The notes beneath the pieces are model-generated. The model saw nothing but the letters and a program-made list of their open reading frames with translations. It had not been told where the DNA came from and searched no databases. A stretch of DNA of 64,000 nucleotides, taken from Okamejei kenojei. Its lineage: Eukaryota. The stretch covers positions 40,300,001 through 40,364,000 of the forward strand of contig CM069151.1 of the NCBI GenBank assembly GCA_035221665.1. The letters run 5' to 3'. Of the stretch, positions 39,804-52,022 are shown piece by piece; position 1 is the stretch's first letter, and the number at the start of each line of letters is the position of its first letter. Position numbers and translations under genes: made by a program.

Positions 39804-40264
39804 GAAGTCTTCTTAAGGTTTGCTTTATCTGATCAAAGTAGCATGGTTAAAATCCAGTCTGCTTATGTACCCATCCCATCCATTCTGCTTAACACATGCC
39901 TCAGTAACCAGTTTCTGAAAACACATCCAGCTGGTGTTATTTTGGATAATGAGGTTTGAACAACACAACCGAAAAACATGCTATGGGCTCAACCACAAGC
40001 GACTATCTTGTCAGCAGTTTACAGGTTTAAAAATCTCTATGCTTTATGGCTGAATTCCAAAATAGCAGTTTGTTTTGTTCTGCTGGAAGATGACTGACTT
40101 TCCTTGGATGGATGACCAAGTTTAGTCAAGAGTAGCACAATCACTTCGGCATGGGAGGGCCTGTGATTCAACTCATCATTTGTCCATGGGTAAGGAATCT
40201 AGGCAAACAACAGCAAGAGGTACAAATTAAGTAAATAATTTGCCCTTTTAAAATGCCCTGCATA

Positions 40265-40630
40265 GGCTTCAGCCAACAATGTAGGAAGTACAGCAGCCAA
40301 ATTGCACACAGAAAGATCTCACGAGCAGCAACACGATAGTAACCCGAATTAGTTTCAGCAAGGCTGAATGAGCGATTAATGTTGGCCAGGATATCTCTAC
40401 TCTTCACATTATACCAGAAAATATTAATCTAAAATTAAGAGTAGGTGTCTCAGAGAGTACCTCTTTTAATATTTGTAACCAACAATCTAATGGGAATGTC
40501 ACTGAGGAATATCTGACCTCTGATCATGTAATTTGGAAAAAGACTGTTCAACACACCTCAGCATTTTACTGCAATCTTGGCGGATGTTCATGGACAATGA
40601 TATTGAACCCTACTTGGTTTCCCCCAACTG
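40265..40630 (-). mobile_element. Ancient DeuSINE-like (SacSINE1/AmnSINE1-like) remnant
   Basis: GTAGGAAGTACAGCAGCCAAATTGCACACAGAAAGATCTCAC..TTGGCCAGGATA resembles the reverse complement of the Deu domain as I recall it. Confidence 0.5.
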
Positions 40631-41244
40631 AGATCAACCAATTCAAGCATCAAACTTACATTTTCCTGACCTGAGCTGCTATAAATAAACCTCTCAAGAA
40701 AGAGCTTGCGGCCAACGGACACAAGTTTGTTTCTCCGTTTGCTGCCACTCATCCCAAGCTAATATTCTCCCAGCCTGCCTTACCCCAAGCAGACCACTCC
40801 AGCCAAATTAAGCAATTACACTCCCAGTAACCCCGTGCTGCATCCCTGCAATATAGTTAAGATTAAAAGTTCACCATTTCTGCCACAGTGCCAAATCTAG
40901 TTGGTTTCGAAGAGGGCTGAAGAAATCTTGAAAAGAATGCTCAGGTTTCAATCTACCCAGACTCTCCCAGAGTCAACATTCACTCCACACAACCCCAAAT
41001 CAGCAGAATCCAGTGACTCGATGGATGAATCTGGCATTGTGCCAAGGATTTATTTACGTCCAGTTAATCCAAATTTTAAAAGTTAACATCAATTCAGTTG
41101 CAAGAATGAGAAATTCTTTAAAATTCTAAAATGTAAAACTAAAGTATATTACTGCAAGAGTCTCAGATATTACCCAGCTTGCGACGGGAACTGGAGAGGA
41201 ACAATCTGTAATGTCATCTTTGAGCACTACTGGCTGACACTCAC

Positions 41245-41402
41245 CTGTTCAATGCCATGGTAACAGTGGCCCCTTGCTGCATCTCGTGGGATGCAGCCAC
41301 CGCAGCCTCTGCCAAAGAGGCCACAGCCTGTGTGGCTTCAGAAGCTTGTGTCGTCTGGATCGCCATTTCCCCACCTTGCAACGTGGTCCAATTCTGCTCA
41401 AC
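41245..41402 (-). CDS. NRF1: NRF1 coding exon (activation region)
   Basis: VEQNWTTLQGGEMAIQTTQASEATQAVASLAEAAVAASHEMQQGATVTMALN(S); 158 nt, phase 0-2; |GTGAGT donor. Confidence 0.96.
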
Positions 41403-42579
41403 CTGCGCAAAGAAAGTGCAGAATATCGTAGAGAGGGGAACCAAGCAAAAAAAAGTACAGAACAGAATGCCAACAAAAAATATACACCTCTTCCTCCACA
41501 TGGAGTTATTTTTGGATTATTCTGAAAACTATCATTCTGAGGTGGGGAAAGGATGATGCAAATGTGCAGCTTGTCGCCAAATGAGCACTGGTTAAGAATC
41601 AATACAGATTCGGAGAGCTCATCTTTAGAAGTACCTTAATGAGCAGCTTGAAACAGTGACAATATAAAAAATTGGCTCTTTTTAAGATCTGAAAGAAACA
41701 CTTGAGCAAAAGTAAAAGCTGCCTATAGTCATCAAGCTTCGTCCAATTTCTATCAAGCTAACAAATGTTTAATATTATCAAAACATTATTCTGGTTGGCT
41801 AGACTGGATACGCAAATATGCAGGTTCTCAGAGTTGGGCTGCAGGAAGTTAGAGATAAAGAAGGGCAAGCATCCAGACCAGAAGCTAGTTCAGGTCAGAG
41901 AGTAAAGGCAGCATGGATAAATAGGGCATAATTCAGGTAGCAATACAGGCAACATACACCTAATAAGAACGAACTAACATTAAAATTATTTTCAATCCTT
42001 ACATATAATTTACTAGCCTATTTCTTATAGTTCTGCTTCCCTTGCACAATCATTATGTATCATCTACTTTGTATCAGAAAAACAAACAGCTATAATTCAA
42101 GAGTCAAGTTCGATAACTTCCTCTCCTGAACCAATGATGACTTGAAGCATCCTTTATGATTGTTTATTTTCTGTTGAATTATTTTATCTTTCTCTGTTTG
42201 AATCATTAATAATCCCAAACAGAAATACTGTTGGCAGCCTCCTCAATTTACAGGCTTCACATAATATCTGGAGTCAACACTATTCTCCTTCTTGCATATC
42301 AAATTGCCTGACATGGATAAGAAAATTCAAGGGATTATAAGCTGTTATGCTAAGAGCACACAGCATTTTTTTAAATCCCTTTTGCGATTTATAGAACGGA
42401 CTGGAACAATGAGAGATACCATTAGCTACAAAAATAATTCCTTACTAAATTTGCAATAATGGACGAGGTGACTAAATATTTGCTGCAAATATCCAAGTGA
42501 CTCACAAAAGCTGATTGGTCTCAATGAATTATTCCTGTGCCTTAACTTCAAGAGTTGATTAATCAATATAGCTACAAGA

Positions 42580-42709
42580 NNNNNNNNNNNNNNNNNNNNN
42601 NNNNNNNNNNNNNNNNNNNNNNNNNNNNNNNNNNNNNNNNNNNNNNNNNNNNNNNNNNNNNNNNNNNNNNNNNNNNNNNNNNNNNNNNNNNNNNNNNNNN
42701 NNNNNNNNN
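42580..42709. other. Assembly gap (130 N)
   Basis: Run of n characters. Confidence 1.
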
Positions 42710-43009
42710 GAAAAGATCAGCCAGAAATCAATTCCAAAATAATTAATCTGAGGTGACTAATTGAGGTATTTAATCTGGGAAAAGTAAAACATTGCAAGGA
42801 AACGAACATCAAATAGTTGGTTACTCAAAAATGATTGACGAACACCGGCACCTAACAGTATGGCCAAAATCTCAGAAGATTGCAGCATAATCTCAGAAGA
42901 TTGCAGCATAGATAGAAAAGGTAATTAAAAGGCAAAAGCAGTTCTTAATATTACAGCTAAGACAGAATGCGAGATGAGAAACAGCTACAGTACTGCAAGC
43001 AAATTTTCA

Positions 43010-43630
43010 TTTGAGGATTTGAGTACAGGAGCAGGGAGGTTCTACTGCAGTTATACAGGGTCTTGGTGAGACCACACCTGGAGCATTGCGTACAGTTTTG
43101 GTCTCCTAATCTGAGGAAATACATTCTTGCCATAGAGAGAGTACAGAGAAGGTTCACCAGACTGATTCCTGGGATGTCAGGACTTTCATATGAAGAAAGA
43201 CTGGATAGACTCAGCATGTACTCGCTAGAATTTAGAAGATTGAGGGTGGATCTTATAGAAACTACAAAATTCTTAAGGGGTTGGACAGGCTAGATGCAGG
43301 AAGATTGTTCCCGATGTTGGGGAAGTCCAGAACAAGGGGTCACAGTTTAAGGATAAGGGAGTCTTTTAGGAACGAGATGAGAAAAACATTTTTCACACAG
43401 ACTGTGGTGAATCTGTGGAATTCTCTGCCACAGAAGGTAGTTGAGGCCAGTTCATTGGCTATATTTAAGAGGGGGTTAGATGTGGCCCTTGTGGCTAAGG
43501 GGATCATGGGGTATGGAGAGAAGGCAGGTACGGGATACTGAGTTGGATGATCAGCCATAATCATATTGAATGGCGGTGCAGACTCGAAGGGCTGAATGGC
43601 CTACTCCTGCACCTATTTTCTATGTTTCTA
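43010..43630 (+). mobile_element. Relatively young CR1 LINE 3' end
   Basis: VRPHLEHCVQFWSP..QRRFTRLIPG..TRGHSL..NLWNSLP; 3' hairpin GGGCTGAATGGCCT; CTATGTTTCTAT tail. Confidence 0.93.
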
Positions 43631-44050
43631 TATTACCATATCTTAGGTAGGATACACCCCGATTGTGCTTGTTATATTTGTCCCTTCTACATCGCTCATC
43701 TTATTCTTCAAAACCGTTTGAATAATTCATTCACTACCGATGTAGGCTGGATTGGCTTGTGTTCCTCAGTTTGTTCTATCATTGCTCCAAATTCGTATGC
43801 TCGTGATTATGAATGAAAAGCAAGTCAGATTCAGAGGATTGTGTAGTCTTCACATCTTTTGTTCTATTCTTTCCTTTTTTGTCCAATGTCTTCCTATTTT
43901 AAAAAACTCTCCGAATATCTAAGTGGAAAGGATTATGGATGCCACCCAGTATGGTGTTGGGATTCTAGGAATGCGTGGTGCTCAATGGGAGGTTAGAAAC
44001 AGTATCGCACCCACCTTCCCGAAGAGCGCATGAGCAATTGCTGTCCTCAC

Positions 44051-44152
44051 CTCTCCATCCTGTACAGTGGAATAATTCACCTGAGCGACAGTTACCGTTC
44101 CCGGGAGCTCAGATGCATCGGCCAGAGTCGCAACTGTTGCACCCGTGCCAAC
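44051..44152 (-). CDS. NRF1: NRF1 internal coding exon
   Basis: VGTGATVATLADASELPGTVTVAQVNYSTVQDGE; 102 nt, phase 0-0; tttgcag| acceptor and |GTGAGG donor. Confidence 0.96.
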
Positions 44153-44547
44153 CTGCAAACAAGAAAGAATAGCGATTTTATGTACAGCAGGGCACCTGTA
44201 TTCGCTATATATTTTGCTTCAAAAATTGTTCCTTCTTTAAAAATAAATTAATCAGTGCCTCAGGTCCACATAGTGAATGTGGTCTGGTGCAAAGCTGCAA
44301 AATCTGGGAAATTCTTATTTGCCATCTTTATTCTGATCCGGGTGGGGGAATGAGACGAGGTCCCTTTTAAATCGACACATTGCTGTTGTTAGGAAGACAG
44401 CCAAATAGAGAACTTGGGGTGTGGGTGAACAAAAAACACCTGTAGTTCCAGGATAAAAACCCACAACCACACCACAGGACAGGAGTGAATGATCAGGGAA
44501 AGTAAGGATCAGAACCATATGTGTCACCCTCTGTAAAAGACAGACAG

Positions 44548-44638
44548 AAAGAAGAGTTTCGACCCGAAACTTTGCCTATTTCCTTCGCTCCATAGATGCT
44601 GCCTCACCCGCTGAGTTTCTCCAGCATTTTTGTCTACC
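44548..44638 (+). mobile_element. Penelope-like terminal repeat
   Basis: GAAGAGTTTCGACCCGAAACTTTGCCTATTTCCTTCGCTCCATAGATGCTGCC; same subfamily as 34596-34692. Confidence 0.8.
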
Positions 44639-44689
44639 CCAGAAAGAAAGAACTGCAATCTATGCATTTCCCTATTCTACACCTAAATT

Positions 44690-45035
44690 ATATATTAAAA
44701 ATAATAGATATTGTAAGAACGCAATAAGTACAATAATTAATTCGATGACCTCCACAAATAGCGATGTGATAAATGCCTTGTTGGACTGATTGAAGGCCAA
44801 ACATTGGGCAAGATACCAAGTGCAGGCTTCTTTAAATTGTACCAGAGGATCTTTTATATCTTACATTTAACTGACAAACCAAGACTCTTTAAAATCCCCT
44901 GCAAAAGCTGTAACTCTGAAACTGCAGCACAGATTCAGTACTGCATTGGCGATTCAGGCAGGATAATGTGTTCAACTATTTGTCATGAACTTGAACCCAC
45001 AACCCCAGAATCAGAGAAGAGAATACCATAAACTA
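44690..45035 (-). mobile_element. Ancient DeuSINE-like remnant
   Basis: TGCAGCAC..TCAGTACTGCA..ACTTGAACCCACAACC..GAATCAGAG resembles the reverse complement of a tRNA-like head (B-box GGGTTCAAGT) and body. Confidence 0.55.
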
Positions 45036-45049
45036 AATATTTGTTAATA

Positions 45050-46075
45050 CAGATAACACTTGTTATAACGGACCATAAGGAGGAAGGAGGGGGGAAATGC
45101 TGTCCGTTATTGCCTACAGCCCAGAGTAATGGGCCTGTCCCTCTTATGCGCCTTTTTAGGTGACTACAGAAGACTATGAGGTCCTCACATGTTCACTGGA
45201 CGTTGCGGGGTGTTGCCTGCACGGTGGCGAGTAGTTCCTCGTAATTAGTCGCGGCTTCATTCTGGTCGCTGCTAATTTTTCAACAGGTTTTCAACACGAT
45301 AATTCTCGGGACGTAGGTGCAGTGGTAGTGGGTCGCCAGGAGGTTGTAGGTTTTCGCTGGTGCTGACCGGTGAATTTCATTGGTTTCATTGGGGAAAAAA
45401 ACCCCATAAACAGTAGTTTTCAGAACCAAGGATAATCTTCCTGTAATATTAATGTCCACCGAGCTTCACAGTCATGTATCTCTGGCTTCCTAAAAGCTGT
45501 CTCCACTCCTTCTCCCCCCCACTCTTTTAAAGGACTTAAGTAACCCTTCCCATACACTGTGCTTTCACCGTCTTAATTACAGCGACAACCTTCCTGTTCA
45601 TCATGGTGTGTATCTGTATCACATTGGCTTTGCACCGTGTGAATTTCACTCAGACAGAACTCTACCCGCTTGCCCTGTCCCCCGCCTGCATAACTGGCCG
45701 GTGAAGGAAGTGATGTGTGTATATGTTCCATTTTGACAGTCGCCTTTCCAGTCGCCGGTTTTTCAGCGACCTGCTACGACTTGAGTCGCCGGCGGTCGCC
45801 TGAAAAATCGCCTAAGTGGGACAGGCCCATTAGGGATTTACTCCAATCAACCAGTGGTCACTTCTAAAAATATATTTTTGTTACTGCATGCTAAAAAATA
45901 CTAAAGGCAGTTTGTTACATTGTTTAATACAATTATTGCTCCATCAAAGCAATTGCTTGTCATTTTCAGTGGCCTCCCTGAGTGTAACTATCAGACTGTG
46001 TTCTTAAAGGGACAGTGGTGTCTGAGTACTGCAAATGAAATGCATTATAAAGAGGTTTGTAACAAGGTTAAACTG
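45050..46075. mobile_element. Tc1/mariner (pogo/Tigger-like) MITE hosting a nested MITE
   Basis: TA|CAGATAACACTTGTTATAAC ... TTTGTAACAAGGTTAAACTG|TA: imperfect TIRs with TA flanks. Confidence 0.55.
45130..45829. mobile_element. PIF/Harbinger-type non-autonomous DNA transposon
   Basis: TIRs TGGGCCTGTCCCTCTTA / TAAGTGGGACAGGCCCA; flanked by TAA and TTA. Confidence 0.8.
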
Positions 46076-46629
46076 TACTTTACTGTCAAATAAGAATTTG
46101 AGATTTGGGAAATGGCTCATAGATGAAGAATAAGTTTTGGATAAGGTTCTACAAAATCATCAACAGAACTAGGAAGAAATGTAACAAACAAAACATGAGC
46201 AACATATTCAACCAACATATTTTCTCCAAAGTAGCAAACATACATTTACAGCTAGCCCAAACCAAAGCATAAACTACAAAGGACAGTTCAATGCTAATCA
46301 GCTGCAGTCTCAAACCAGCAGGGGCCCTGCTCTGGACCCTGCAATAGCTGCTCTGACATAATTCATTATTTTACAACATAAAATGAACATTGGAAATCAG
46401 GGACTACTAAAAACAAGTTTATTCGTATACACAACTGGCCTTAATAGACCTCTTTGAGAGTGTAACAAGTCGAAAAGGAACTTCATGGGAATACTTTCAT
46501 TCAAAAACTGGGGCATCAAAGGAAGAGATACCAAAACAGCAGACTAAAAATGTAATCACTGAAATTGCTTTACGGAGTTTCTCAAGAAAGAAGTGTTGAA
46601 AATGAAAACAGTTCAATATCATCTTACTA

Positions 46630-47157
46630 ATGCATGAGAACTCTTTCGAACTTCGACAGGTGCACAGTAGAGAGCATGCTGACCGGTTGCATCGTGGTTT
46701 GGTTCGGCAACTTGAGCGTCCAGGAGCGGAAAAAGCTGCACAAAGTTGTAAACACTGCCCAGTCCATCATCGGCTCTGACCTCCCTACCATCAAGGGGAT
46801 CCCTACCATCAAAAAGGCTGCCAGCATCATCAGGGACCCACACCATCCTGGCCATACACTCATCTCTCCACTGCCATCAGGTAGAAGGTACAGGAGCCTG
46901 AAATCTGCAACATCCAGGTTCAGGAACAGCTGCTTCCCACAGCCATCAGACTATTAAACACAACTTCAAACAAACTCTGAACTATAACAGTCTATTGCAC
47001 TTTATCTGTTTATTTCTGTGTGTATATATATATTCTACGATATATGGACACACTGATCTGATCTGTACTTATGACTACAATATCCTGTTGTGATGCAGCA
47101 AGTATTTCATTGTCCTATCTGGGACACATGACAATAAACTCTCTTGGCTTGACTTGA
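46630..47157 (+). mobile_element. Rex1/Babar-type LINE 3' end
   Basis: ORF RCTVESMLTGCIVVWFGN..IIRDPHHPGHTLISPLPSGRRYRS; AATAAAC..CTTGACTTGA tail. Confidence 0.88.
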
Positions 47158-48339
47158 AACCAACAGCACGGTGAAATAGGTGAGGTATATCAACAAGGGG
47201 GCATGGTGTGAGGAGTAACGAGTTCTCAGATAGGCCAAAGGAGGTGGAAACATGTTGGCGAGGACCTAGAGAGATTTAAATTACAGGCAAGAATTTGAAA
47301 AATGTGGCTTTTCTGGACTGGAAGCCAAAGTCAGCAAGCAGACTTGTATAGTTACAAGTAACAGAGTTTTTGATGAACTCAAACGGGAAATTTGAGCCCA
47401 GGAGAACAATGATTGCATCTGGAGGTAACATACATTGAGGGTTTCAGCAGCAGATTAAATGCTGTAGGATTGAAGGTTGATATTAGAGGCATCTTATTAG
47501 TCAGTACCTTTGCGATGAAGAGCGAATGGGTTCCAGTAGGATGTTGGAAATGTTAATAGTTTGACGAGCGCAGCGTGACAGTGAAATAATATAAAGGTAG
47601 CTATTGAACATCAGGTTGAAGATTATGGGTTTGCTTTTTACTTTTTTAAATGGAGAAAAATTCAGCCCCCTCCAAATTGGACATTACACTTGTGACACCA
47701 TTCACAATTAATATAAATTAAGATGAATGGTGATGAGGTACAGATGATTAGCAGCAGCAAATCTGTGGATCATTATGTTTGTGTGTAATGTCACCGAGGG
47801 CCAATATGCAGTTCAGAAACATGAAGGAGCCAAGATAAACCCACAATCAACTGAAGCAGCTAAAGAACAGGAAAGGAAAAGATGCCCTTGCAGAGATTCT
47901 CTGGGAACAATAGTACTAGTAACAATGGGGCCAATTGTTCCATATCCCAGACAGATATTGCAGAAGGAGCTGTGATCAACGGTTGGAGTCAAGTCAAGAA
48001 GGACAGAGCACCATTGTCACAGTCACAGAAGCAGAAATTTAGGATGGTGATGAGGATTGTTTCTACGTTGCAGCACAGGCCAAAGTATCATTAAAGTTTG
48101 AAAAAAAAGGAGTTGCAGAATAGATGGGATGGGCACAGATTTGGGAGTGAATACTGGTTCGAGCCCTTCAGGGCAGCAAGGGAAAATGAAGATAAAAAGT
48201 TAGCATATACGGGTCAAGAGGAAGAGGGAAAAGACAATAGCTTTGAAGGGGGCTGATCCCGAGGAAAGAGAACAATTTATAAACACCAGGAAGGGGAGTT
48301 AGGGCATGAAGATTTTGTGAGACTTCCTTCTAAGTAGAT

Positions 48340-48873
48340 AGTGAGAGCCGCAGACTTGATGAGTCAGGAGCCCGGGAGCCACACGCGCAGTGGGTGTGTC
48401 CCAGGGAGTCGCGCGGGCCCGATCCACCCGCCACCGACCAGAACAGCGACCGAAGACTGGAACGCGCCCCGGTAGGCCCGACTCACCCCACAGGCCTCCC
48501 AGGAGACTGAGGTGAAGTCAGGGCCGAAGAAGCCTCAGCGGTGGCGGCGTTAGCGGGAGCGGGGTCTCGGCGGCAACATGGGCTTCAGCAGCGGTGGTGC
48601 CTCGCGGTCGATGAGCGTGAGGGGGAGATGGGAGGATAATGGGGACCCAGCGTGGGGCAACTGCCATAAAGACCAATGGGGACCTAGCTTGGGGGGACCG
48701 CTGTGAGGGACGGTGGGAGAATAAAGGCGGACCCGGTGTGGGGGAGGAGGGAGCTCTAGTTCAGTATCCTTTGCCCAGGGGATAAGTCTGTGTTTGTTTG
48801 TTTGTTTGTTCGTTCATTTGTTCTGCAGCCAGCCAACAGTCGCTTGTTAAATAAAGTTTTATCATATCATATC
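48340..48873 (+). mobile_element. Unclassified CpG-rich retroposon-like insertion
   Basis: GC/CpG-rich island in an AT-rich intron ending (GTTT)n..AATAAAGTTT(TATCA)n. Confidence 0.5.
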
Positions 48874-49319
48874 GCAGAAGGTTTAATGGATTTAAGGAGT
48901 GTGATGTGCTTGACTAATCTACTGGAGATTTTTGAACTAGTTGAATAGATAAGGAAGAATATGTGGATGTGGTGCATTTGCATTCTCAGAAAGCTTTCAA
49001 TACGGTCCCATACAGGAGGTTGGCCAACAGGTTAGAGCAGTGAAGAATGAAAATGGCAGGGAATCCTAAATAAGAATAGAAAATACTGGAACCACTCAGT
49101 AGATCAACCACTATCTAGGGACAGAAAAACAAGGTTAACTTTTCAAATAAAATCTTGCAGTTAACCGTATTTCTCTTTGCACAAAAAAAAATAGAAAATA
49201 GAAAATCAACCATGATCTTGATGAATGGGGAAGCAGGATTGAAGGTCAACTCCTGCATTAATTTCTCACATACAATAAGGTGCGATTCTGTGAGAAGCAA
49301 CAGCAAACTCAAAACTCAC

Positions 49320-49505
49320 CTGTATAAGGGAAACTGTCCCATCTGGGTTACTGATTGTCTGTACCACGGTCTGAGAAGGGACGAGATGGGCAATGTGTGT
49401 CTGTGGGTGAGTCTGCTGATCTTCAAAAGCATACAACAAATCCTCTCTCCCATGCTGTTTGTAACAGTTCTTAACTATCGTCCTCAGCGCCTGTGTCCAG
49501 GATAC
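49320..49505 (-). CDS. NRF1: NRF1 internal coding exon
   Basis: VSWTQALRTIVKNCYKQHGREDLLYAFEDQQTHPQTHIAHLVPSQTVVQTISNPDGTVSLIQ; 186 nt, phase 0-0; catag| acceptor and |GTGAGT donor. Confidence 0.97.
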
Positions 49506-49819
49506 CTATGGTGACAAATTCAACCTTTACATACAATCGTATAAAATATCAGATGGTATGTTTGTTACATCACTTCCATCCCATCCTAAAAGGTATTTGA
49601 TATCAGTTGAAAATAATCATCCAGATGATTTATTTGCAGCATCAGTCACCTGGTAGTCATGAGGAGCAAGCTGATTATTATGAAATGAATTCTGCAATAA
49701 TAAGGCCATTCTGATAGACTTGTCCAAGCTGATATTTATATGTCCTTTAAGAGCTTTTAGCATCCTCCTTGTGGAAGCATAACCAAGTAAATGTCAATCC
49801 TCCAGCTTAAGACAATGGT

Positions 49820-50372
49820 GGACAGTGTGATGCCGCAGCGGTTAAGTTGCTGCCTTACAGTACCAGAGACCCTTGTTCGATCCTAACAGAGTTCTCCCTG
49901 AGTGGGTTTTCTCTGGTAGCTCCGGTTTCCTCACACATTTCAAAGAAAACCCACTTCTGAAATGGACCCATTTACTCCTACCCTTTGCTTCCTGTCTGTC
50001 AGCTAGCTCTCTATCCACATCAATACTGAACCCCCAATAACGTGTGCTTTAAGTTTGCATACTAATCTCTTATGTGGGACCTGGTCGAAAAGCCTTCTGA
50101 AAGTCCAGATATAACACATCCACTGGTTCTCCCTTATCCACTCTACTAGTTACATCCTCGAAAAATTCTATAAGATTCATCAGACATGATTTACCTTTCG
50201 TAAATCCATGCTGACTTTGTCCAATGATTTCACCACTTTCCAAATGTGCTGTTATCCCATCTTTAATAACTGACTCTAGCAGTTTCCCCACTACCAATGT
50301 TAGACTAACTGGTCTGTAATTCCCCATTTTCTCTCTCCCTCCTTTTTTAACAAGTGGGGTTACATTAGCTAG
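49820..50372. mobile_element. Deleted V-SINE (+) followed by a CR1 ORF2 fragment (-)
   Basis: SINE head at 49820-49946; minus ORF ANVTPLVKKG..NYRPVSLT..SQHGFTKGKSCL..YLDFQKAF. Confidence 0.88.
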
Positions 50373-51267
50373 GGTGAATATTCCAAGGAAAATGCATAAC
50401 AAAATAGGAAAGAGGAATTGGGTAGATCTGTGATACGCTTAGATGGAGCACTAATACCCATGCAAGTTAGCTCGATTTACATAGGATATTTGGTACTGAA
50501 ACAGATTACCCAGCCCCAACAAGTTCATGCCAGTCAGTATTTGTACTCCTCTTGTGCCTCCTCACATCTTTCTTTCACTGAACCTACCTACATAACCCTC
50601 TATTCCCACTTATATACTTGAACACCCTCCCTTTAAATGCATCTTAAGTTCTTTGCCTCAATACTCTCAGCAGAACAAAGTTCCACATTCTCACCAGCCC
50701 TTGAGTAAAGAAACTTCTGGCAAATCCTGACTGGATTGTTTGATGATCTTTTTGTTGAATTTACTTAATTGCAAGCTCCCCACAAGTGGTATGCTGGTAA
50801 CCTTTAAAGATCCTGAAAGAGTTTGAAGTTAGCAAAATAGTGATGTTTTCAATTATAACCAGCAGTTAACAAATCAGAGAACTATATTTAACTGAAGAGA
50901 GTGATTGGAATGTGAACCATGTTACCACATGAGTTGTTAAGGTGAGTAGCAAAAGATGGATAACATGTGAGAGTGTGAACACTAATATTTAGGAACCTTT
51001 CTTTGTCTAACAAAGGTTTTCCCTGAACACCTTTCTGAGTTTGTTAATAGCTATCTTAAATGTAATGACTTCTCATTTAAGTCATGATTGTACAATGCAG
51101 TTCCTGCTCTGTCTGACAGAGCTCAATTTCAACATAGACTAACAATTCAACATGGAAGCTTTCACATACTTTTGGCTTATACCACCCCCCAACCCGTCGG
51201 AGAAATCATGAGCTGGTTGCCATGCATTTTCATTCACCCTTCTTCAGACTCTCGACCATCTTCAGTC

Positions 51268-51880
51268 TCATAGAAACATACAAAATAGGTGCAGGTGGAG
51301 GCCATTCGGCCCTTCGAGCCAGCATCACCATTAATTGTGTTCATGGCTGATCATCCACAATCAGTAACCCGTGCCTGCCTTCTCCCCATATCCATTGATT
51401 CCGCTAGTCCCAAGAGCTCTATCTAACTATCTGCCTTTTGTGGAATTCTGCAGAGAATTCCACAAAAAGTTTTTCCTCATCTCAGTTTTAAATGGCCTCC
51501 CCTTTATTCTTAGACTGCGGCCCCTGGTTCTATACTTCCCCAACATTGGGAAAATGTTTCCTGCATCAAGCTTGTCCAGTCCTTTTATAATTGTATATGT
51601 TTCTCTAAGATCCCCTCTCATCCTTCTAAATCCCAGTGAATACAAGCACAGTCTTTCCAATCTTTCCTCATATGCCAGTCCTGCCATCCCGGGGATTAAC
51701 CTCGTGAACCTGCGCTGCACTCCCTCAATAGCAAGGATGTCCTTCCTCAAATTAGAAGACCAAAACTGCACACAATACTCCAGATGTGTCCTGTACAATT
51801 GCAGAAGGACATCTTTACTCCTATACTCAAATCCTCTCATTATGAAGACCAACATGCCATTAGCTTTCTTCACTGCCTGC
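51268..51880 (-). mobile_element. CR1 LINE 3' end
   Basis: ORF 51427-51897 with HLEYCVQFW, QRRFTRLIPG and TRGRSL; tail at 51268-51290. Confidence 0.93.
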
Positions 51881-51902
51881 TGTTTGTTTACCTGCATGTT
51901 TA

Positions 51903-52022
51903 CGTCTCAATCCGAAACATCACCCATCTATGTTCTCCAGAGATGCTGCCTGACCTGCTGAGTTGCTCCAGCACTTTGTGTCCTTTTGTGCATTAACCAA
52001 CATCTGCAGTTCTTTGTGTCTA
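51903..52022 (+). mobile_element. Penelope-like terminal repeat
   Basis: CCGAAACATCACCC..AGAGATGCTGCCTGACCTGCTGAGTT..CATCTGCAGTTC. Confidence 0.75.

Noticed and set aside
42869-42910. 21-bp perfect tandem duplication AATCTCAGAAGATTGCAGCAT
   Set aside because: Ordinary slippage duplication close to an assembly gap; no array or spacer structure, so not CRISPR-like.
49155-49514. Plus-strand ORFs over NRF1 exons (also 41257-41556, 43975-44251, 52283-52552, 16737-17142)
   Set aside because: Antisense shadows of real NRF1 exons.
51371-51961. 196-aa plus-strand ORF, the longest in the track
   Set aside because: It is the antisense frame of a CR1 3' fragment, not a host gene.
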